This document shows, piece by piece, positions 57,256 through 64,000 of a DNA stretch of 64,000 bases. The notes below the pieces were generated by a model. That model did not search any database. It had not been told where the DNA came from and saw nothing but the letters and a program-made list of their open reading frames with translations. Both the position numbers and the translations under genes were made by a program. Position 1 is the first letter of the stretch. Each line of letters starts with the position of its first letter. This stretch comes from an uncultured Roseivirga sp. (GTDB lineage: Bacteria; Bacteroidota; Bacteroidia; Cytophagales; Cyclobacteriaceae): NCBI RefSeq assembly GCF_963973945.1, contig NZ_CAXBBV010000009.1:53108-117107 (forward strand), given 5' to 3'.

Positions 57256-58581
57256 TTACTTCTTAATGATTTTGATAGCAGGGTCGTTCTTCTTAACACC
57301 TGGAGTTCTATTTAAGAATTCATCATACAATCTGATTTGCTGAGAAGTCATTGGTACTTTGTAGCCGTCAATGAACAAGTCAGTAATCTTAGTAGCGGTT
57401 TCAAAAGGATCACCAGTAGAAATAAACACGTTTGCTTTCTTACCTACTTCAATAGATCCAATTTGATCAGAAACACCTAGGATCTGAGCTGCATTGATAG
57501 TGATTGCTTTTAATGCTTCTTCTTTACCCATTCCGTAAGAAGCCGCAAAGCCTGCATGGTAAGGTAAGTTTCTCACATTTTCAGTATCACCAGTACGCAA
57601 GGCTACTTTAACACCTGCCGCACTCATAATTCCTGGGTTTGCATAAGCTGCATCATATTTATCTGATCCACGAGTAGGGATAGCTTGAATAGGCCCAGCA
57701 ATTACAGGAAGCTTAGATTTAGCAATTTCTTCAGCAACTCTCCAGCCTTCAGAAACACCAGTTAAAACCACTTTCTTATAACCTCTAGTTTTCACCCAGT
57801 CAATAGCAGCAAGGATATCCTTTGCAGCGTTTGCTTCGATGAAAAGTTGCATTTCGCCTTTAACCACAGGTACTAATGCTTCGATTTCAGGGTAGTTTCT
57901 TACCTCACCTGAGTTTTCGATTTTAGCATAAAGCTCTGCTTTGTCCCAAGCATCGTTTACTGTTTTTAATGCTCTTTCAGTAGCCTTAGCTTGCTCTTCA
58001 GGAGATCTTCTTCTGAAACGTCCTCCACCAGCGGTAGAAGGGAAGTTCATAATGATCCCTTTTGCACCAGCAAACATTTGGTCTGGAGTGTAACCGAACA
58101 AGTTGATTGCAGCAGCCGTACCTGGTAAAAACCCTCCGCTAGGAGTAGTCCATACTGTAGTAACACCACTTACACGGGTTACAGGAATTACAGCCGAATT
58201 AGGGTTTACTGCTGTTAGTGCTTGCATTTGAGGTGTTAAAGCTCCGCTTTCGCTAAAATCTTGAGACACATCAATACTACCTATTTCAGATAAACCCACT
58301 TTAGTTCCTGAATCAATCATACCTGGGTAAATCTCTTTACCCTTACAGTCAATTACTTCCGCATCATCTGGAATATTAACATTGGCACCAACTGCTTCGA
58401 TAATACCGTTGTTGATGATCAAAGTACCGTTTTCAATAATACCGTTGGTTACAGTATAAATTTTGGCATTTGTTAGAGCAAATTTGCCCGCCCGTGCCTT
58501 CATTACTTGGTCGTCTTCTTGCCCGAAAGAAAGAAGTGGAACCATTAAAGCAATAATGAGTATTTGGAATATTCTTTTCAT
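57256..58581 (-). CDS. Amidohydrolase-superfamily protein, secreted; metal-binding HxH absent
   Basis: ALTNAKIYTV, NGIIEAVG, IYPGMIDSGT (in place of IDxHxH) and GSIEVGKKAN. Signal peptide. Confidence 0.85.
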   Translation of the reverse strand: MKRIFQILIIALMVPLLSFGQEDDQVMKARAGKFALTNAKIYTVTNGIIENGTLIINNGIIEAVGANVNIPDDAEVIDCKGKEIYPGMIDSGTKVGLSEIGSIDVSQDFSESGALTPQMQALTAVNPNSAVIPVTRVSGVTTVWTTPSGGFLPGTAAAINLFGYTPDQMFAGAKGIIMNFPSTAGGGRFRRRSPEEQAKATERALKTVNDAWDKAELYAKIENSGEVRNYPEIEALVPVVKGEMQLFIEANAAKDILAAIDWVKTRGYKKVVLTGVSEGWRVAEEIAKSKLPVIAGPIQAIPTRGSDKYDAAYANPGIMSAAGVKVALRTGDTENVRNLPYHAGFAASYGMGKEEALKAITINAAQILGVSDQIGSIEVGKKANVFISTGDPFETATKITDLFIDGYKVPMTSQQIRLYDEFLNRTPGVKKNDPAIKIIKK

Positions 58582-58590
58582 AGCTTCTTT

Positions 58591-59955
58591 CTATTTTTTG
58601 TTGGAGAATAATGCCTCGAAGCTTACTACGTTTTCTTCCATGCATCTGTCCTCGTCAAGACGGTTGAAAATGGTGATATTCTCAACAGCCTCTTCAGGGT
58701 TAATATAGATACGTTGGTCGGCAACATCAGTAGCTCTATCGAAGTACTTAATGCCATCTACAAAAGTCATTACTGGAATAGCGTAAACAGATAGGGGATG
58801 GCCTTCAAAAATCGCGATATCAGCATCTTTACCTACTTCGATTGAACCAACTCTATTGTCGATACCCAATTGTTTGGCAGGGTTTAATGTGATTAAAGAA
58901 AGGGCTTCTTCGTCAGTTAAGTCACCATATTTCTGCGTTTTAGCAGCTTCATGGAATAAGTGACGAATCAATTCACCTGAATCAGAGTTGATAGAAGTCA
59001 ATACACCATTTCTTGTAAGAATGGTAGCATTATATGCTGTAGACCAATATACTTCTAATTTGTATGCCCACCAGTCGGCAAAAACTGAAGCACCTGCTCC
59101 AAACGCTGCCAATTCAGAAGCTACTTTATAAGCTTCGTTAGCATGCTGGTAGGTTAGTTTTTTGATACCGAAATCGGAGAATACTTTCATTAACATATAA
59201 ATCTCATCTGCACGATAAGAATGGCAGTGTACTAAAATTCTACCTTCAAGAATATCCACTAGGGTTTCCATTCTTAAATCATATTCTGGTGCTACTTTTC
59301 TTGCATTTTTGTCGGCTTTGTAAGCATCCCATTTAGCTCTATAAGCAATTGCATCGTTAAATGAGTTTCTCAACATAGCTTCAACACCCATACGGCTTGA
59401 AGGCTGAATACCACGAGAACGACCACCTCTTGTTGGGTTTTCACCCAAAGCGAACTTAATTGTTCTTGGAGCATCTTCGAACTTCATTTCTTCAGGGTTG
59501 GTAGTTCCGTAACGAAGCTTTAGAGTCTCGCTTTCACCACCAATTACGTTAGCCGAACCATGAAGTGCGTGAGTAGAAGTTACACCACCCGCCAATGCTC
59601 TATAAATAGAAACATCAAAAGGATCGATAACATCACCCATGTTTACCTCAGCAGTTACCTGACTTGTGCCTTCGTTCACTGCACTAAGGGCAATATGAGA
59701 GTGGGCATCAATGATTCCAGGCATTACAAATTTACCTGTAGCATCAATCTCTTGAACTCCGTTTGGAGCTTTAAGATTTTTGCCGATTCTAGAGATCTTG
59801 CCATCACGAACCAAAACGTCTGTATTTTCCAAAGTTCCTTTGGTAATAGTCAAAACGGTTGCGTTTTTAATTAGCACATCTCCCTTCTTTACCTGAGCTT
59901 TTGAAATAAAGCCAGTAAAGAGAATAAGTGTTAGTATTAAAATATTCTTTTTCAT
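58591..59955 (-). CDS. Amidohydrolase-superfamily protein, secreted; metal ligands intact
   Basis: PGIIDAHSH, VHCHSY, YQHANE, INSD and GSIEVGKDADI. Confidence 0.9.
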   Translation of the reverse strand: MKKNILILTLILFTGFISKAQVKKGDVLIKNATVLTITKGTLENTDVLVRDGKISRIGKNLKAPNGVQEIDATGKFVMPGIIDAHSHIALSAVNEGTSQVTAEVNMGDVIDPFDVSIYRALAGGVTSTHALHGSANVIGGESETLKLRYGTTNPEEMKFEDAPRTIKFALGENPTRGGRSRGIQPSSRMGVEAMLRNSFNDAIAYRAKWDAYKADKNARKVAPEYDLRMETLVDILEGRILVHCHSYRADEIYMLMKVFSDFGIKKLTYQHANEAYKVASELAAFGAGASVFADWWAYKLEVYWSTAYNATILTRNGVLTSINSDSGELIRHLFHEAAKTQKYGDLTDEEALSLITLNPAKQLGIDNRVGSIEVGKDADIAIFEGHPLSVYAIPVMTFVDGIKYFDRATDVADQRIYINPEEAVENITIFNRLDEDRCMEENVVSFEALFSNKK

Positions 59956-59966
59956 GTTTTCAGATT

Positions 59967-61676
59967 TTATTGGCCGTCATCTTTAGTAGCAGTTAACGGA
60001 GTAGAGAAATTGAATGCTGAAACAGAAACCTCGGCATCGTATTGTTTGCCAGTAACAGTTCCAGTTACAACTAGTTCAACAGACTGACCTCCTGCATCAA
60101 TTGAGAAAGAAAAGCTAAGAGTACCATTAACAAAGCTCACTTCTTGCATATCGTTATCAGGGCCACCATCATTACTGGTTAGTTTTCCAGTATATTGAGT
60201 GCCATCTTTTCCGATGATCATTTTGCCTGTAGTTTCGCCTTGAGGTGTTTCAAAAGTATAAGTCCAAGAACCTACAATTGGGTCGTTTCCAGCAGTCGCT
60301 GATCTGTTGCCATTTCCAGCAGCAGTTTTTTCTTTGATTTCGAAGTCATACTTATCTCCATCCACAAACATGAATTTGATTTGTGAATCCTTAGTAAAGA
60401 AAGGGGCATTACTTACAATAACGTTTGCGATTTTTCCAGCTTCTACTGTTCCAGCAATTTTATCAATTCCTAAAATGCCAGCAGCATTTGTAGTAAGCGC
60501 AGCAAGAGCATCGTTTTCACTCAAACCATTTTCTATCATTGTCAATAGATTAGCCTTTACCTTAGAACTAGTTACATCAAGTGAAGAAAAGCCAAATTTA
60601 ACTCCCATAGTAGCAAGAGAACCTGCCTGACCTGCGTACTTTTTGTAGAAATCCATTTTTCTGGCTTCTAATCTTTTGGTCTCATCGGTCATCTCGTCTT
60701 TCTCTTTTCCTTTGGCTTCTTTCGGAGCATCAGGTAAATCAAGTGATAAGAATACGCCAGTACCATTATCTTTAAACATTTGGCCTAAATCCCATGCTTG
60801 CTTTACATTACCCACCATAAGCTTAAAGCCTAGTTCTTTTTGTAATCTCATAGCTCTTTGAACTTCAAGAACACCAGATACATCAAACATCACTGGCTGT
60901 TGCTTAGTAACTACAGGAAAGAAAGCCTCAGTTACTCTGTCTCTTTCTGGTCTTTCTATGCCACTTGGGTTTTGAGCATAAGAATCGTAGTGCTTTTTAT
61001 TGTTTTCAGCATTACGATAAAGGTTTCTGTACTTGGCCATAATGCCCAGTACGTTGCCTGGGTAGGCTCCAGGAGCTCCAGCAAACTGAGTGAACATAGA
61101 TACATCTTTTGACAAAATTAGGTCGTCAGCATGTTTCTTGTCTCCTAACTTGTCTCCTAAAAGGATGATAGAACCCGCACCAGGAAGCATTCTGCCAAAA
61201 GGCACAGAATGAGAGATGGCAAATCCTTCTTTTCTCATAGAACCAATAGTATTGCTTTCAATATCTAACTGGTCTAAAAGGCTATGCTCAGGCGTTATTC
61301 CTGCATAGTCGTTTGGAGGATCTGGGCTGAAGAGATTATTTGGGCGTGGCATGTTTTCAGGACGTTTTGCCCCTGTATTTGCCAAGCCATCAATAAAAGC
61401 GGCATAAACAAACATGTCTTTGCCATCGATTACTTGAGCATTTTTAGGTACCGTTACATTGGTTCCTACGGCTTCAATAAGGCCATTTTTTATCACTACG
61501 GTAGCTCCTTTCAACTCCTTACCTGGTGCTTGTATTACCGTAGCATTGGTAATAGCAAAGGTTCGAGTTACAGCCGACTCTCCAGTAGGGTCACTTTGGG
61601 CATTTAAGCCAATTGTGCATACTGTTAGCAGCATAAGGAAAACCGCGCGAATGGTTTTCGTAAGTAGTAGTTTCAT
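59967..61676 (-). CDS. Amidohydrolase-superfamily protein with a C-terminal beta domain; HxH absent
   Basis: AITNATVI, YAAFIDGLA (no HxH), GTVEAGKIAN, then DPIVGSWTYTFETPQG...GTLSF. Signal peptide. Confidence 0.82.
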   Translation of the reverse strand: MKLLLTKTIRAVFLMLLTVCTIGLNAQSDPTGESAVTRTFAITNATVIQAPGKELKGATVVIKNGLIEAVGTNVTVPKNAQVIDGKDMFVYAAFIDGLANTGAKRPENMPRPNNLFSPDPPNDYAGITPEHSLLDQLDIESNTIGSMRKEGFAISHSVPFGRMLPGAGSIILLGDKLGDKKHADDLILSKDVSMFTQFAGAPGAYPGNVLGIMAKYRNLYRNAENNKKHYDSYAQNPSGIERPERDRVTEAFFPVVTKQQPVMFDVSGVLEVQRAMRLQKELGFKLMVGNVKQAWDLGQMFKDNGTGVFLSLDLPDAPKEAKGKEKDEMTDETKRLEARKMDFYKKYAGQAGSLATMGVKFGFSSLDVTSSKVKANLLTMIENGLSENDALAALTTNAAGILGIDKIAGTVEAGKIANVIVSNAPFFTKDSQIKFMFVDGDKYDFEIKEKTAAGNGNRSATAGNDPIVGSWTYTFETPQGETTGKMIIGKDGTQYTGKLTSNDGGPDNDMQEVSFVNGTLSFSFSIDAGGQSVELVVTGTVTGKQYDAEVSVSAFNFSTPLTATKDDGQ

Positions 61677-61744
61677 TCTTAGCGCTTTGAATTGTTGAAA
61701 ATTAAAAAGTGTAATATATAAGAATGTATGGCTGTTTTCAAAGC

Positions 61745-61752
61745 CAAATATA
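61745..61752 (-). promoter_or_regulatory. Bacteroidota -7 element for the amidohydrolase operon
   Basis: TATATTTG on the minus strand, about 70 bp upstream of the start. Confidence 0.45.
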
Positions 61753-61900
61753 AGAGCGGTAAGAATCGGATTCGGGTAAGCTAAGAATTAGTAAAATTCA
61801 ATAATTTATTTGTTATTAGAGAAAGGTGTTAAAATCTTCACTCAGCGCTTTCGAATGGGAAAGAAGATAGCCAGAGCCATTTCATTTAAGATTTAGGAAA

Positions 61901-63871
61901 TTGATTAACAAACCATCGATAGGATTTTTGTCTAAGATATCGAGCCAGCTCTTGACGGGGCTGTTTTTTATATTAGGCTTTTTTCTGTCGGCTGCTAAAG
62001 GCTTTGGGCAATCTACCGCGCCAGAAGAATCATTATTAGATGAGTTAGACTCTTTATACAATTCTCTCTATGCTTTTGATTATGAGAAATTCTTACAAGA
62101 GCATGGAAGCTATGATGCTTTTAGAGATATTATTGGTAGGTACTCTCAAGAGGCAGAAGCCATCCAATCGGAGCAAGCTTACTTTAAAGCTAAAAACATT
62201 CTATACATCTTTTATAGATATCAAAGCGACCCTTTGATTCCATTCTCTATTTTAGATGAAACGATTGAAAAAGCTAGAATAATGGAGTTGCCTGAGTATG
62301 AGGCTGATTTTTTATACAAGATGGGGTCTCAGTATTCAAGGTATGGTCAATATGATTCTGCCTTAGCAAATTATGAAAGGGCTCTTGACATTGCTGAATT
62401 AAACAACTTCTATAATATTCGAGGAGCAACAATTAACGCTATTGCCATTCTTTATAGTAGAATTTTAGATTACCCTAAAGCGCTTATTTATTATCGTAAA
62501 TCCTTGGAGTACTTTAGTCAAAACGATGTAATTGATAGCTTGGAAATAGCAGGAGGGTTCGGAAATCTTGCAGATGTATATAGTCGATTGGGCGTTGGGG
62601 ACAGTACTTTGTATTATTCAAGAAAGGAATACGAAATAGCGATAAGGCTAGAGTTTCCTGGAGAACTTCGTCAGGCATTAAAAGGATTAACTGCAGGCAG
62701 TTATTTAACAGGTAGGTTTAAGGAAGCTATCAGCTATTCTGATTCTCTTTTAAGCATAACGGAAGGAACAAGTTCTGAGGGCTATATGAAAGACGCTTAC
62801 CTCTATAGATCGAAAAGTTGGTATGCTCTCGGAAATACTAAACAAGCTTTTGAAGATGCCGCAACTGCCATAGAAATGGCAGATAGATTTAAAAACCTGA
62901 AAAGTAAAATATACGCTTACGAATGGTTAATTGAATTAGAGAAAAAGAGCGATAGGTTTAAAGAAGCACTGGAACTACTAATGGTGAAAAATGACCTTGT
63001 AGATAGCTTAGAAATGGCCGAAAATGATCGCAAAATCGATGTTTTAGCCTTGAGTCATGAGTTAACAATACGTGAAAATAGTATTGCTGCTTTAAGAGAA
63101 ATTAAGCGATTGAACGAGCAAGAACTCTATTTTAAAAACATCATAATTGCGCTATCTACATTGGTGTTTCTGTTTTCATTCGGGTCCATTGTATTGTTTT
63201 ACAAACGCAGAGTGCAAACTCAAAAAATCTTAGCTCAAAATGCTGAAAGCAAGTTGTTATTAACTCAGTTAAACCCTCATTTTATATTTAATGCGCTTAC
63301 TTCAATTCAGTTTTATTTAATGAACGAAGCGTCTAAAGAGAAGGCGTTGGACTACCTAGCTTCATTTGCGCTGCTAATGCGAAAGGTTTTGGAAGGTAGT
63401 CGAAGAACATACATTAGCATTGAAGATGAAATATCTGCACTTACCTATTACTTGGAATTACAGAAGGTAAGGTTTGACAATAGTTTCGATTACACTATAT
63501 CGGTAGATGTTTCTGGTGAAGCTTCTGAAATTATGATTCCTCCAATGTTTGCTCAACCTTTTATTGAAAACTCTTTAGAACATGGAATATTTAAGATGGA
63601 CAATGGTCTCATAGAAGTATCATTTACCCAAAAAGGAGAAAAGATAATCATTGTTATTGATGACAATGGTGTTGGCGTAGGAGAGGCAATCCAAAGAAAA
63701 CGAGATCATCAGTCAATGGCATCGGATATTACCAATGAACGAATTATGCTTATTAAAAAACTTTATAAGCAAAGAGTAAGTTTTAGCATAAAAAATAGGC
63801 TCGACCCCAGTGGGAAAACACTAGGAACACGAGTGGTCTTAGAATTACCAATTACCCCAAATATTGTATGA
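61901..63871 (+). CDS. TPR-repeat sensor with a LytS/YehU-type histidine kinase domain
   Basis: TPR-like helices (YDSALANYERAL; YPKALIYYRKSL), one TM helix, QLNPHFIFNALTSI, QPFIENSLEHG and DDNGVG. Confidence 0.92.
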   Translation: MINKPSIGFLSKISSQLLTGLFFILGFFLSAAKGFGQSTAPEESLLDELDSLYNSLYAFDYEKFLQEHGSYDAFRDIIGRYSQEAEAIQSEQAYFKAKNILYIFYRYQSDPLIPFSILDETIEKARIMELPEYEADFLYKMGSQYSRYGQYDSALANYERALDIAELNNFYNIRGATINAIAILYSRILDYPKALIYYRKSLEYFSQNDVIDSLEIAGGFGNLADVYSRLGVGDSTLYYSRKEYEIAIRLEFPGELRQALKGLTAGSYLTGRFKEAISYSDSLLSITEGTSSEGYMKDAYLYRSKSWYALGNTKQAFEDAATAIEMADRFKNLKSKIYAYEWLIELEKKSDRFKEALELLMVKNDLVDSLEMAENDRKIDVLALSHELTIRENSIAALREIKRLNEQELYFKNIIIALSTLVFLFSFGSIVLFYKRRVQTQKILAQNAESKLLLTQLNPHFIFNALTSIQFYLMNEASKEKALDYLASFALLMRKVLEGSRRTYISIEDEISALTYYLELQKVRFDNSFDYTISVDVSGEASEIMIPPMFAQPFIENSLEHGIFKMDNGLIEVSFTQKGEKIIIVIDDNGVGVGEAIQRKRDHQSMASDITNERIMLIKKLYKQRVSFSIKNRLDPSGKTLGTRVVLELPITPNIV

Positions 63872-64000
63872 GATGCGTTATAATTGACGATGAGAAGAAT
63901 GTAATTGAGATAATCAAAAAACTACTGACAATTCATTGCCCTCATGTAGAAATCGTTGGAGAAGCTACAAGCTGTAGGCTAGGAGAACTATTGATTACAG
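63868..64000 (+). CDS. Response regulator, probably LytTR family; 5' fragment cut by the window end
   Basis: ATGA overlap with the kinase; reads MRCVIIDDEKNVIEIIKKLLTIHCPHVEIVGEATS. Confidence 0.85.
   Translation, partial: MRCVIIDDEKNVIEIIKKLLTIHCPHVEIVGEATSCRLGELLIT

Noticed and set aside
1-64000. rRNA/tRNA genes and the remaining short antisense or nested ORFs
   Set aside because: No cloverleaf or rRNA signature was seen in the intergenic gaps. The other short ORFs lie wholly within longer motif-bearing genes.

Overview
This is a 64-kb chromosomal segment from a Bacteroidota bacterium. The evidence is SusC/SusD genes, TAnnTTTG -7 promoter boxes and many lipoproteins. A Cytophagales-like lineage is my inference from gene content only. 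From left to right the window holds: (1) the 5' part of a Type III restriction-modification locus (mod, KilA-N, res) preceded by a truncated XRE controller; (2) short accessory genes, an M1 peptidase and an ABC-F ATPase; (3) a SusC/SusD locus with no recognisable glycoside hydrolase, carrying an SGNH esterase, a DASS symporter, a double lamin-tail lipoprotein and an alpha/beta hydrolase, divergent from an unusual HTH-TM-periplasmic protein; (4) yhhQ, a lone receiver domain and an AT-rich beta-barrel plus IPT/Kelch gene pair; (5) oxidoreductase and lipid-catabolism genes, including a frameshifted 3-hydroxyacyl-CoA dehydrogenase; (6) a sigma-54 two-component system, a DUF559 nuclease gene bracketed by two ~157-bp palindromic direct repeats, and a candidate UAS-IHF-(-24/-12) promoter in front of six tandem ATPase-less FtsX/MacB-type permeases with related heptamer-repeat spacers; (7) a three-gene secreted amidohydrolase operon in which only one member keeps the metal ligands; and (8) a TPR-LytS/LytTR pair cut by the window end. 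No rRNA, tRNA, CRISPR array or recognisable transposase was seen. All family calls come from motif recognition, not database searches.
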